DNA of 55,441 nucleotides from Parcubacteria group bacterium Gr01-1014_2 (GTDB lineage Bacteria > Patescibacteriota > Minisyncoccia > 2-02-FULL-40-12). Shown in pieces: positions 37,049 to 45,886 of this stretch. A model generated the notes under the pieces. It did not search any database. It saw only the letters and a list, made by a program, of their open reading frames with translations, and was not told the DNA's origin. The position numbers were made by a program, and so were the translations under genes. Position 1 is the stretch's first letter. Each line of letters opens with the position of its first letter. Location: assembly GCA_007376425.1 (NCBI GenBank), contig VMGG01000004.1, positions 1 to 55,441 of the forward strand, written 5' to 3'.

Positions 37049-37417
37049 GAAACTCGAAAGCGTAAAGGAAATAACTCCTCAAATAAAGAAGCTTATTTTG
37101 AATATGAGGAAAGTTATGAAAGAAGCCAGTGGTGTTGGCTTAGCGGCTAATCAGGTCGGTCAAGATATGCAATTTTTTATTATTGATGAGAATTTAGCCA
37201 AAGAATACAGTGCGCCAAGCGTTTATATAAATCCCGAAGTTAAGTCCTACTCAAAAGACGAAGAAGAATTAGAAGAAGGGTGTTTAAGCATTCCGGAAAC
37301 TTGGCTCAAGATTAGAAGGTATAAGAAAGTGAAAGTTAAGACAGTGGATGAGACCGGGAAGAAGTTCAAGTTTATCGCTAAAGGAATTCTAGCTCGGGTT
37401 TTACAGGGCAGGACTTT

Positions 37418-37442
37418 TTCGGGAAACCGGCTATACCCCTCG
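37418..37442 (+). repeat. solo family-A-end-like module at the def breakpoint
   Basis: ttcgggaaaccggctatacccctcg. Confidence 0.55.
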
Positions 37443-37460
37443 CTTGAACTTTCATTTTTA

Positions 37461-37499
37461 CAAAAAGAAAAAGGCGCACGGACCCGTAGGTCGTGCGCC
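37461..37499 (-). terminator. Rho-independent terminator (minus strand) of the 107-aa cassette gene
   Basis: Minus strand reads ggcgcacg-acctacgggtc-cgtgcgcc followed by tttttcttttt. Confidence 0.65.
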
Positions 37500-37532
37500 T
37501 GGTGAAACTTGACGAGAAAGGAGCCGACTGGA

Positions 37533-37856
37533 CTAGGAGGTGGCGGTTTCCACTTGTTCCTTGGCCTTTTTCTCTTCTTCTTTCTTCTCGGCTTCCTGCT
37601 TCTCTTCGAGAAGACCGACCGGGATGTTGAGTGTCTGGAGACTTTCCAGATCGCCCAGACCGACGACCAAATGTCCGTCCCAAGGACCCAGTACTCGTTC
37701 TTGCCAGGCCGCGAGGATTTCGTCGTGACCCTTCGGAATCTTGGTCTCGTTGATGAGCATTCCTAGGCACATCATGTCGCTGTATGAGGCGCAACGGATG
37801 GCTTCAACGATTGATTCGTGGAACGGACGCCGCTGCTTCGCTGACTGTTCTGTCAT
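37533..37856 (-). CDS. hypothetical 107-aa protein (GC-rich cassette)
   Basis: SD AAGGAG lies 7 nt upstream. Acidic and lysine-rich C-terminal tail. No family recognised. Confidence 0.5.
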   Translation of the reverse strand: MTEQSAKQRRPFHESIVEAIRCASYSDMMCLGMLINETKIPKGHDEILAAWQERVLGPWDGHLVVGLGDLESLQTLNIPVGLLEEKQEAEKKEEEKKAKEQVETATS

Positions 37857-37904
37857 AAAAAGAGCTCCTTGAATATAGATTGGTCTTTCCCAACCTAATT
37901 TTGT

Positions 37905-37933
37905 ACTATATATCTATTAACTATTTCTGTCAA
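37905..37933 (-). promoter_or_regulatory. sigma70 promoter TTGACA-17-TATAGT (minus strand)
   Basis: Minus strand reads ttgaca gaaatagttaatagata tatagt. Confidence 0.6.
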
Positions 37934-37993
37934 CGGCGGATTTTTGAGTTAAGTTTTAATATAAAATAAGCCGCAAGCCTATTGTAAAATTAA

Positions 37994-38174
37994 GAAAGCC
38001 CGCAGGGTATTGTTGTTGAGGAACCTCATGAGCCGAGCCGTATAGAGAAAACATTCTTTGTAGCGAGGCGATTGAGGAGCGAGGGTTTATTCTGATAAAC
38101 ACTGCTGTCCAACCAATATAACTACCTCTTGCGAGGCCGAGCGTTTCCGAAACAATTATACCCGAGAGGCTTTC
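37994..38174 (-). mobile_element. family A copy A5
   Basis: gaaagcccgcagggtattg...gagccgagccgt...gtagcgaggcgattgaggagcgagggtttattctgataaac...gaggccgagcgtttccg...cccgagaggctttc. Confidence 0.7.
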
Positions 38175-38199
38175 TTCTAAATATTTAGACTTAGCTATA

Positions 38200-39018
38200 A
38201 TGAAACTAATTTTCTTTGGCACATCTGACTTCTCAAGGCCGGTTTTTGAGGCTCTAAAAAAAAAGGGCCACTCCCCTATTTTGTGGAATTTAGAAAACTC
38301 TTTTCAAGATTTTAAAAATTTAAAGCCGGACATCTGCGTTGTCGCCGCTTATGGAAAAATCATTCCAAAAGAATGGCTTGAAGTTCCGAAATACGGATTT
38401 CTGAATGTTCATCCCTCGCTTTTACCAAAATACCGCGGTGCCTCCCCTATCCAAACAACAATTCTAAATGGCGATGCAGAAACTGGCGTCACGATAATCT
38501 TAATGGATGAGAAAGTAGACCATGGACCAATAATAGCAAAATCCAAAATCCAAATTTCAAAATCAAAAAATTACAGACAGTTAGAAAGAGAACTGGCTGA
38601 ACTAGGAGCCGAGTTACTTATTGAGATTTTACCGAAATGGACTAATGGCAAGATAAAACCAAAAGAACAAAATCACAGCGGAGCGACTTACACGAAAAAG
38701 TTTTCGTGGATAGACGGAAAAATAGATTGGTCAAAACCTGCTGTAGAAATTGACCGTCAAATTAGGGCTTTGAATCCCGAACCCGGAACGTGGACTTTAT
38801 GGAAAAGTAGAGTATTGAAGATTTTCAATGTCCAGACAGTAAAATCAAAACTTTCAGAAGCTCCTGGCCGGGTGATGAATATAGAAAACCAGATTTTAGT
38901 AAAATGCGGCTTAGATGTCCTGATTCTGAAAGAAATCCAACTCGAAGGGAGAAAGTTGCTCTCAATAAAAGATTTTATCAATGGGCATAAAGATTTTATC
39001 GGCTCCGAATTGACTTAA
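38200..39018 (+). CDS. fmt: methionyl-tRNA formyltransferase
   Basis: Contains IFFGTSDFS, NVHPSLLPKYRGASPIQ and DHGPII. Confidence 0.9.
   Translation: MKLIFFGTSDFSRPVFEALKKKGHSPILWNLENSFQDFKNLKPDICVVAAYGKIIPKEWLEVPKYGFLNVHPSLLPKYRGASPIQTTILNGDAETGVTIILMDEKVDHGPIIAKSKIQISKSKNYRQLERELAELGAELLIEILPKWTNGKIKPKEQNHSGATYTKKFSWIDGKIDWSKPAVEIDRQIRALNPEPGTWTLWKSRVLKIFNVQTVKSKLSEAPGRVMNIENQILVKCGLDVLILKEIQLEGRKLLSIKDFINGHKDFIGSELT
38538..38572 (+). repeat. degenerate heptamer array inside fmt
   Basis: aaaatcc aaaatcc aaatttc aaaatca aaaaatt. Encodes KSKIQISKSKN. Confidence 0.6.
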
Positions 39019-39050
39019 TACTACTTTCTACTTACTATTTACTAAATTCT

Positions 39051-39620
39051 ATGCTCGGTATGAACGATTTAAGAATCGGAACTTTTTTTATTGTAGAAGG
39101 GCAACCTTTCGAGGTTTTGTTTTCTCAGCATTTGAAGATGCAGCAGCGCCGGCCCGTAATGCAGACTAAGATAAAAAACCTTATTACTGGTAAAATTGTT
39201 GAAAGGAATTTTCAGCAGTCTGATTACTTTGAAGAAGCTGACATTCAGAAAAAAGAAGTAAAGTTTTTATACTCGCATCGGGATGAATTTTGGTTTTCAG
39301 AAACAGATGACTCATCTAAGAGGTTTAAACTGGGCAATGATATAATCGGCGAGGCATCCAAATTTTTAAAACCGAATACGATTATCACTTCCCTACTCTT
39401 CAATAGCCAAATTATAAATATAAAATTGCCTGTAAAAATGGATTTCAAAGTGGTTGAAGCTCCACCATCAACCCGAGGCAATACTGCTCAAGGAGGGACC
39501 AAGCAAGTTAAGCTTGAAACCGGCGCCATGGTAGACGCACCTCTTTTTATCAATGAGGGAGATATTATTCGGATTAATACTCAAACTGGAGAATACGCAG
39601 AAAGAGTTGAAAAAAGATAG
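39051..39620 (+). CDS. efp: elongation factor P
   Basis: Contains NDLRIGTFFIVEGQPFEV, TRGNTAQGGTK and PLFINEGD. Confidence 0.9.
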   Translation: MLGMNDLRIGTFFIVEGQPFEVLFSQHLKMQQRRPVMQTKIKNLITGKIVERNFQQSDYFEEADIQKKEVKFLYSHRDEFWFSETDDSSKRFKLGNDIIGEASKFLKPNTIITSLLFNSQIINIKLPVKMDFKVVEAPPSTRGNTAQGGTKQVKLETGAMVDAPLFINEGDIIRINTQTGEYAERVEKR

Positions 39621-39790
39621 CTCAAATCAGAAATTGATATTGCCTCACGGCTTTCTTATATTTTAACAAAAGGAAAAGGCGCTGGATTTCTCCAATTTTG
39701 GTGAGATTTGATGTTGTGAAATTCCTTTGATATTGTTAAATGTAGCATCTTTCTGCATGAGGCAGGAGGGATTGATCAAGGAGTATAGGG

Positions 39791-40123
39791 ATGAAACTCA
39801 AGAATGCGTATAACGCGGTAGGTCTTGCGTGCCTCGTTGGTGCAATGGTCTTCGAGATTGTTTTTTTCAACAATCTCTTCTCGCACGGCTTTACGTCTGC
39901 TGCGGCTGGAGCAGGGACGGGATTCGTTGTTTCCATCTTGGTAACGTTTGTTTGCATGAGATGGGCATACGGGGCAGCTTCCTTCAGGAGGATATATGCC
40001 GTAGAGCCGCCGAATGTGTTTGAAAACCGAGAAATTGAAGGTGTGCCGATTCGCGACGCGATCCAAAATATAGTGGACGCGAGAATGGACGAACTGAGTC
40101 GCTCTTTGTCACAAATGACGTGA
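39791..40123 (+). CDS. 2-TM membrane protein (GC-rich cassette)
   Basis: SD AAGGAG lies 7 nt upstream. 110 aa. Confidence 0.5.
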   Translation: MKLKNAYNAVGLACLVGAMVFEIVFFNNLFSHGFTSAAAGAGTGFVVSILVTFVCMRWAYGAASFRRIYAVEPPNVFENREIEGVPIRDAIQNIVDARMDELSRSLSQMT

Positions 40124-40172
40124 AGCGCTTCTTAACGCGGCGTCCCACTAAGAAGTTCCTTCTAAGCACGTT

Positions 40173-40215
40173 GAGGCCCCGACTTTTTACGGGGCCTCTT
40201 ACATTATTTTTTTAG
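40173..40215 (+). terminator. Rho-independent terminator
   Basis: gaggccccg-actttttа-like loop-cggggcctc followed by ttacattattttttt. Confidence 0.7.
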
Positions 40216-40255
40216 ACTGCGCCGGCGAAGCCCGAAAAAAAAGTTTTTAAAATAA

Positions 40256-40437
40256 CGAAAAGCCCGCAGGGTATAGCCATTGAGGAACATCCGGAGCCGA
40301 GCCGTTAAGAGAAGATAAGATAGGTAGCGAGGCGATGGATGAGCGAGGGTTTATTCTGATAAACAGGAAATAAGAGAATTATTAAAGTTGTATGAGGCCG
40401 AGCGTTTCCTTAATGGCTGTACCCGAGAGGCTTTTTG
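40256..40437 (-). mobile_element. family A copy A6 (full length)
   Basis: cgaaaagcccgcagggtatagccattgagg...gaggccgagcgtttccttaatggctgtacccgagaggctttttg. Confidence 0.75.
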
Positions 40438-40722
40438 CACGGCATCACTCCTTTCTTCTCCGCAAAACCGCTAATCCTACTATTCCAGCTAGCGCCCACC
40501 AGAATTGGGCGGTTTCTGTTTTAAAATAGGCAAAAATCGGATGATCCAGTTTGGCCAAAATTTCAGCCGGCAGTAAAACCGTGATACGACTCACAAAAAC
40601 CCCAAGGATTAAAACGCTCAAAAAACAAGAACCAAAAAATAAGAGGTTGGTTTAGAGAGGTTTTCTAAAATGTTGGCGAAGTTGTCTAATATCAATCTTA
40701 ATATTATTATAGAATAAACATA

Positions 40723-41976
40723 ATGATAGTCAAAAAACTCAAGAAGATCTGGCGGTTTTTCGGTCCTGGTTTTATTACCGGAGCCGTGGATGATGACCCT
40801 GTTGGGATTGCCACTTATGCCATCGCTGGTTCAAAACTTGGTTTCTCTTCTCTTTGGACTGCTTTTTTCACCTATCCTTTGATGACCGCGGTTCAGGAAA
40901 TGTGCGCGAGAATAGGGATTATTACCAAAATGGGTCTTGCTGGCGTACTCAAAAAGCATTACCCATTTTTATTTTTGGTTTTGGTGGCCCTTTTGATGGT
41001 CTCGGCCAATATCTTGAATATCGGGGCCGACATTTCAGGAATGAGCGCGACAACTAATCTTTTGATTCCATGGGTACCAGAAAAAGCTTTAGCTCTGGTT
41101 TATTCTTTATTAATAGTTTATCTTATGATTTTTTTGAATTTTAAAAAATTAATCAAGTATTTTAAATGGCTTTCTCTCACCCTTCTTTTTTATATGGCGG
41201 CGGCGCTTTTTGTCCCTCATGACTGGACCGAAGTTTTAAAATATATAATTACCCCAAAATTAACCTTGAATAAAGAGACAATTTCTTTAATCATTGCGGT
41301 CTTTGGCACGACTATTTCCCCTTATCTTTTCTTTTGGCAGACGACTGAAGAAGCAATTGAAGAAAAAAATCACCATCATGAGCATTGGCATATCCATGAC
41401 GAAAAGCTTAAAAAAGAAATAACTCATATGGAAGAAGACGTCTCTCTGGGAATGTTTTTTTCAAATTTAATAATGTTTTTTGTAATGATGCTGGCGGCGA
41501 CTTTGTTTTTCGGGCAGGGGGTAAGCATCACTACTATTAATGAATTGTCCAAATTACTGAAGCCGCTCCTTGGTTCTTTGGGGCAATGGATTTTTACCTT
41601 TGGAATTGTTGGCACCGGCCTTTTAGTAATTCCGGTTTTAGCGGCAAGTTCGGCCTACATCTTGGCTGAAACATTTGGCTGGAAAGAGGGACTGGAGAAA
41701 AAATTCCATCGGGCGAAAGAATTTTATTTAGTGATTATCCTTTCAACTCTTCTGGCTCTATTAATGAACTATTTTAATTTTAATCCCGTTAAACTTCTTT
41801 TTTATACCGCCTTATTCCATGGAATAATTTCGCCTTTCCTGATTTTGACTATTCTTTCTATTTCTAATAATAAAAAAGTGATGGGCACTTACGTGAATTC
41901 AAGTCTAAGTAATATATTGGGATTTGGAGCCTTTATGATAATGGCCGTGGCTGTAATTTTATATTTCATCTTATGA
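40723..41976 (+). CDS. NRAMP-family divalent metal transporter
   Basis: Contains GPGFITGAVDDDPVGIATY. About 11 TM. Confidence 0.8.
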   Translation: MIVKKLKKIWRFFGPGFITGAVDDDPVGIATYAIAGSKLGFSSLWTAFFTYPLMTAVQEMCARIGIITKMGLAGVLKKHYPFLFLVLVALLMVSANILNIGADISGMSATTNLLIPWVPEKALALVYSLLIVYLMIFLNFKKLIKYFKWLSLTLLFYMAAALFVPHDWTEVLKYIITPKLTLNKETISLIIAVFGTTISPYLFFWQTTEEAIEEKNHHHEHWHIHDEKLKKEITHMEEDVSLGMFFSNLIMFFVMMLAATLFFGQGVSITTINELSKLLKPLLGSLGQWIFTFGIVGTGLLVIPVLAASSAYILAETFGWKEGLEKKFHRAKEFYLVIILSTLLALLMNYFNFNPVKLLFYTALFHGIISPFLILTILSISNNKKVMGTYVNSSLSNILGFGAFMIMAVAVILYFIL

Positions 41977-43379
41977 TTAAGTTTTTAAATACCCTATCCG
42001 GGCAAAAAGAAGAATTTATTCCGATAAAAAACAAAAAAGTCGGTATTTTTGTCTGCGGGCCGACGGTTTACGACTGGCCCCACATCGGCCACGCTCGGAC
42101 TTACGTTATTTTTGACGTTATCGTTAAATACCTGCGCTACAAGGGCTATAAAGTTAAATTTGTGATGAATATTACTGACATTGACGATAAAATAATTGAC
42201 CGGGCAAAAGAAGAAAAGAAAACATGGAAAGAGGTAGCCGAGTTTTACGAAAAGGATTTTATGAAAGACATTGCAGAGTTAGGCATTAACAGCGTCGATA
42301 AATTCGCCAGAGCCACCGAACACACCGAACAAATCATTAAACAAATAAAAGTTCTTATTGAAAAAGGTTATGCTTATCAAACTGAAGATGGAATCTATTT
42401 TGACATTTCAAAATTTGATGATTACGGCAAACTTTCCAAAAGAACTGTTGAGCAGGCCGAAGACGCTGTTTCAAGAATTGACGAATCAATAAATAAAAGA
42501 AATAAAGGCGATTTTGTTTTATGGCGGTTGTCAAAAGAGGGTGAACCAGCGTGGGATTTTGAAACAGGAATAACTAATTCGGCGGGCCGGCCTGGCTGGC
42601 ATATCGAGGATACAGCCATTTCTGAAAAATATCTTGGCCAGCAATATGAAATCCATGGCGGCGGCCAAGATTTAATATTCCCCCATCATGAAGCTGAAAT
42701 CGCCCAAGCCGAAGCCGCTTCAGGGGAAAAGCCTTTCGTAAAATACTGGCTTCATTCTGGTTTTCTTACTATTAACGGCCAAAAAATGTCAAAATCTCTT
42801 AAAAATTTTATAACCATCAAGGATATTTTAAAAGGATACTTGCCAGAAGCAGTAAGATTTATGATTTTAAGCACCCATTACCGCTCCCCTATTGATTACA
42901 AAGAAGACTTGATTAAACAATCAGAAGCCGGAATTCAAAGAGTTTTGGAATTAGTCAACAAGCTTGAGTTGATAAAAAAATCAGGCCCTGAAGAAAAAAA
43001 AGTAGAGATCGACGAGATTATAAAGAATGTCCAAATGGAATTTAATGCCAAAATGGACGATGATTTTAATACTCCCGAAGCAGTGGCAGCTTTATTTAAT
43101 TTCATCAGAATAGTAAACAGTTTTATTGATAATCAAAATTTAGACAGAAAATCAGCTGAAAAAGCTATTGGGGTTTTAAAAGAAATAGACGAGGTCTTTG
43201 GAATTCTTCCTAAAAAAGAATCCGGAATACCGGAAAAAATCTTTGAATTAGTCCAAAATCGCGAGAAGTTAAGAAAAGAAAAAGCTTGGCTTGAAGCTGA
43301 TAAAGTCAGGGATGAAGTTAAATCTCTTGGTTATTCCATTGAAGACACGCCCTATGGGCCGTTAGTTAAGAAGTCTTAG
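41973..43379 (+). CDS. cysS: cysteinyl-tRNA synthetase
   Basis: Contains CGPTVYDWPHIGHARTY, GWHIEDT and KMSKSL. Confidence 0.95.
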   Translation: MIKFLNTLSGQKEEFIPIKNKKVGIFVCGPTVYDWPHIGHARTYVIFDVIVKYLRYKGYKVKFVMNITDIDDKIIDRAKEEKKTWKEVAEFYEKDFMKDIAELGINSVDKFARATEHTEQIIKQIKVLIEKGYAYQTEDGIYFDISKFDDYGKLSKRTVEQAEDAVSRIDESINKRNKGDFVLWRLSKEGEPAWDFETGITNSAGRPGWHIEDTAISEKYLGQQYEIHGGGQDLIFPHHEAEIAQAEAASGEKPFVKYWLHSGFLTINGQKMSKSLKNFITIKDILKGYLPEAVRFMILSTHYRSPIDYKEDLIKQSEAGIQRVLELVNKLELIKKSGPEEKKVEIDEIIKNVQMEFNAKMDDDFNTPEAVAALFNFIRIVNSFIDNQNLDRKSAEKAIGVLKEIDEVFGILPKKESGIPEKIFELVQNREKLRKEKAWLEADKVRDEVKSLGYSIEDTPYGPLVKKS

Positions 43380-43564
43380 CGAAAACCTTCCCTCGGTATA
43401 TGTCTTCGGGAACCGCTCGTCCAGCCCAGCGAGCGGGACTCGCTGTACTTACGACCTCGCAAAGTCAAGACTCGTTCTGCTTCGCAGAACTTTAAACAAT
43501 CTTGACTTACCCTGCTGCTCGGTCTCCAGAACTTCCCGAGAGACATATCCCTCGCGGTTTTCGC
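43379..43564. mobile_element. MITE-like repeat family D
   Basis: TIRs are gcgaaaaccttccctcggtatatgtcttcggga and ttcccgagagacatatccctcgcggttttcgc. Inner hairpin is aagtcaaga...tcttgactt. The TIR tip resembles family A. Confidence 0.6.
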
Positions 43565-43603
43565 TAATCTACCTTTCCCAAAGTGAAGGGTATTAATTCA
43601 AAA

Positions 43604-43861
43604 CGAAAAGCCCGCAGGGCACAGCCATTAGTTTCACTCCGGCCGCAGGGGTATAATCAATTTCTGAGCCTGGGGAGTCGTCTTAGAAAATAGCCGGTAT
43701 CTTTATGAAGAATTGCCGATGACAAATCTATGGTGGAGGTACCCTGATTTGTCGGCAATTCGAATAAAGTGCCGCGCTATTTTCAAGAAGGGGCACCAAA
43801 CGAAGAAATTGATTGTACCCCGAGAGACGGTTCCGAGATGGCTGTGCCCGAGAGGCTTTTC
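43604..43861 (-). mobile_element. family A ends only (A7 shell) enclosing a family B copy
   Basis: Left end is cgaaaagcccgcagggcacagccatt. Right end is gatggctgtgcccgagaggcttttc. The interior is B4. Confidence 0.6.
43649..43820 (-). mobile_element. family B copy B4 (inverted; type-2 inner hairpin)
   Basis: The reverse complement of its right flank matches the B3 left flank. Core is gaattgccgatgacaaatc...gatttgtcggcaattc. Confidence 0.7.
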
Positions 43862-43893
43862 AAATAATTCTCAACACTCTATCCCCTACTAAA

Positions 43894-43924
43894 AGTAAGT
43901 AGTAAGTAGTAAGTAGTAAGTAGT
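43894..43924 (+). repeat. perfect heptamer array (agtaagt)x4 abutting the dnaB start codon
   Basis: Read directly: agtaagt x4, then agt, then ATG. Confidence 0.85.
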
Positions 43925-45265
43925 ATGAATCAGATCGATAAATTGCCGCCGCAAAATCTTGAAGCTGAAAAATCCGTCCTCGGCTCTATTTTAATTGACA
44001 AAGATTCTTTAGAAAAAGTAATAGATATCTTAAGGCCCGATGATTTTTACGGCCGCCAGCACCAGCTAATTTTTGGAGCGATGGTCAGTCTTTTAGAAAA
44101 AAATGAACCGATAGATATTTTAACCGTGACTAATAAGCTTGAAGAATTCAAAGACCTGGAAAATGCCGGCGGGGCCGCTTATCTAACTTCTTTACTGGGC
44201 GTCACCCCGACTTCAGCTCATATTTTAAATTACGGGAAAATAGTTCAGCGGAAGAAAATTTTAAGAGACCTGATTGATTCGGCTCATAAAATTGTCAGCC
44301 TTGGCCATCAGGAAGAAGAAACTATCGAAAGAATCCTGGACCAGGCCGAGCAAAAGCTTTTTGCCGTTTCCCAGCGGTCAATCTCCCAAGAATTCTTAGC
44401 TTTAAAAGAAGGACTTCAGGAGGCTTTTGAACGGTTAGAGAGGCTTCATAAAGGCGATGGCGCTTTGCGGGGCCTTTCAACTGGCTTTGTTGATTTAGAT
44501 AATATCCTGGCTGGATTGCAACGTTCTGATTTGATTATTGTTGGTGCAAGGCCGTCCCTTGGCAAAACTACTTTGGCTTTGGATATGGCCAGAAATGTTG
44601 CCAGAAAAGAAAATATTGGAGTCGGTATTTTTAGTTTGGAAATGTCAAAAGATCAGGTGATAGATAGAATCTTGGCCTCCGAAGCCGGGATCGGTCTTTG
44701 GAAAATGAGGACTGGACATCTTTCGAGCGCCGGCGATTTTAATGATTTCTCAAAAATTTCAATTGCCTTAAACAACCTGTCTCAAGTTCCGATTTTCGTT
44801 GACGATACCCCATCCCCTACTATTTTGCAGATAAGAGCGATGGCGAGACGCTTGAGGTCAAAAAATAATTTAGGTCTTTTAGTAATTGACTATCTTCAAT
44901 TAGTCCAGCCTAGATCCGACATTGATGGCTATGTTCAGCAGGTAACTGATGTGGCGAATTCTTTAAAAGGATTAGCTCGTGAGCTGAATATTCCGGTTAT
45001 TGCCGTTTCCCAGTTATCAAGAGCAGTGGAAGCAAGGCCAGACCAAAGGCCAAGACTTTCTGATTTAAGAGAGTCTGGCGGGATTGAGCAGGCCGCGGAT
45101 TTGGTGATGTTTATTCATCGGGAAGATAAAGTCAGACGGGATTCTGATCGAAAAAACATTGCTGAAATAATCATTGCCAAGCACCGCAACGGCCCCACCG
45201 GCGTAATTGAGCTTTACTTTGACGAAGAAGAGGTGAGTTTTAAGAACTTAGCGAAAAATATTTAG
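43925..45265 (+). CDS. dnaB: replicative DNA helicase DnaB
   Basis: Contains LPPQNLEAEKSVLGSIL, GARPSLGKTT and SQLSRAVE. Confidence 0.95.
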   Translation: MNQIDKLPPQNLEAEKSVLGSILIDKDSLEKVIDILRPDDFYGRQHQLIFGAMVSLLEKNEPIDILTVTNKLEEFKDLENAGGAAYLTSLLGVTPTSAHILNYGKIVQRKKILRDLIDSAHKIVSLGHQEEETIERILDQAEQKLFAVSQRSISQEFLALKEGLQEAFERLERLHKGDGALRGLSTGFVDLDNILAGLQRSDLIIVGARPSLGKTTLALDMARNVARKENIGVGIFSLEMSKDQVIDRILASEAGIGLWKMRTGHLSSAGDFNDFSKISIALNNLSQVPIFVDDTPSPTILQIRAMARRLRSKNNLGLLVIDYLQLVQPRSDIDGYVQQVTDVANSLKGLARELNIPVIAVSQLSRAVEARPDQRPRLSDLRESGGIEQAADLVMFIHREDKVRRDSDRKNIAEIIIAKHRNGPTGVIELYFDEEEVSFKNLAKNI

Positions 45266-45278
45266 AAACCCTGAATCG

Positions 45279-45456
45279 GGTGTAATCAATTTCTTCGTTT
45301 GGTGCCCCTTCTTGAAAATAGCACGTCACTTTGCTCGAATTGCCGATAACTAGGGCGTGTCTACCCCTTTATCCCCTAGCTTATAAGCGGCAATTCTTCG
45401 CAAAGATACCGGCTATTTTCTAAGACGACTCCCCACGCTCAGAAATTGATTACACC
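45279..45456 (+). mobile_element. family B copy B3 (full length)
   Basis: TIRs are ggtgtaatcaatttct and agaaattgattacacc. Has the type-1 inner hairpin. Confidence 0.75.
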
Positions 45457-45475
45457 TTTATTTATAATAAAACTA

Positions 45476-45757
45476 ATGGCTAAAAGAAAAAAATCAAAAA
45501 ACGGCTCTCCGGAAATTGGAGCAATATCCGAATACTTTGAAGATCAAGTAAAAGTAATAGCCGAGCATATCCTAAGTATAAATAAGAAACTTGGGAAACT
45601 TGAGGCTATTGAAGAAGCGATAATGTTAACACAAGAAAATATGGAGATTATGAAAATGGATATGGAGTTTATTAAACACGGATTTAAGATAAAAGTAGAT
45701 ATTGACGAGTTCGCCGTTCTGGAAAAAAGAGTTTCCAAATTAGAAAGCCGTTTATAA
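45476..45757 (+). CDS. small coiled-coil hypothetical protein
   Basis: ATG at 45476 (MAKRKKSK...). The upstream TTG of the tracked ORF lies inside repeat B3. Confidence 0.4.
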   Translation: MAKRKKSKNGSPEIGAISEYFEDQVKVIAEHILSINKKLGKLEAIEEAIMLTQENMEIMKMDMEFIKHGFKIKVDIDEFAVLEKRVSKLESRL

Positions 45758-45843
45758 GTTTTGAAAAATAAAGCTTTCCTCGGCTATACCCCTCGCCGAT
45801 CTTTTTTTTCAAATTTACGTTTTAACATACTATAGCATATTAA

Positions 45844-45884
45844 GCCGAGCGTTTCCGAAATGGCTATACCCGAGAGGCTTTTCG
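45844..45884 (-). repeat. family A right-end fragment (A8)
   Basis: gccgagcgtttccgaaatggctatacccgagaggcttttcg. A solo-end-like cggctatacccctcg lies at 45781-45795. Confidence 0.6.
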
Positions 45885-45886
45885 CC

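Larger units (their letters stand above)
37005..37505 (+). pseudogene. def: peptide deformylase lacking motif 3 (HEXXH); homology ends at 37406 where repeat and cassette sequence begins
   Basis: Motif 1 GVGLAANQVG and motif 2 EGCLSIP are present. After ...GILARVLQ, the ORF reads GRTFSGNRLYPSLEL... (a family-A-end module) instead of HExDH. Confidence 0.55.

Noticed and set aside
37921-37953. Possible degenerate remnant of the def C-terminus (...SVNGGFLS*) downstream of the cassette.
   Set aside because: The similarity is limited to a few residues. The DNA coincides with the -35 TTGACA of the cassette's minus-strand promoter, and no HExxH is encoded.
37956-38222. 88-aa minus-strand ORF upstream of fmt.
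   Set aside because: It lies entirely within family A copy A5 and reads the same repeat frame that is open in the GT4 insertion. It has no independent support.
9539-45884. Possibility that the recurring ~180-bp repeats are a CRISPR array or arrays.
   Set aside because: The copies are dispersed over 36 kb in both orientations, are about 180 bp long with terminal inverted repeats, are not regularly spaced by unique spacers, and no cas genes are present.
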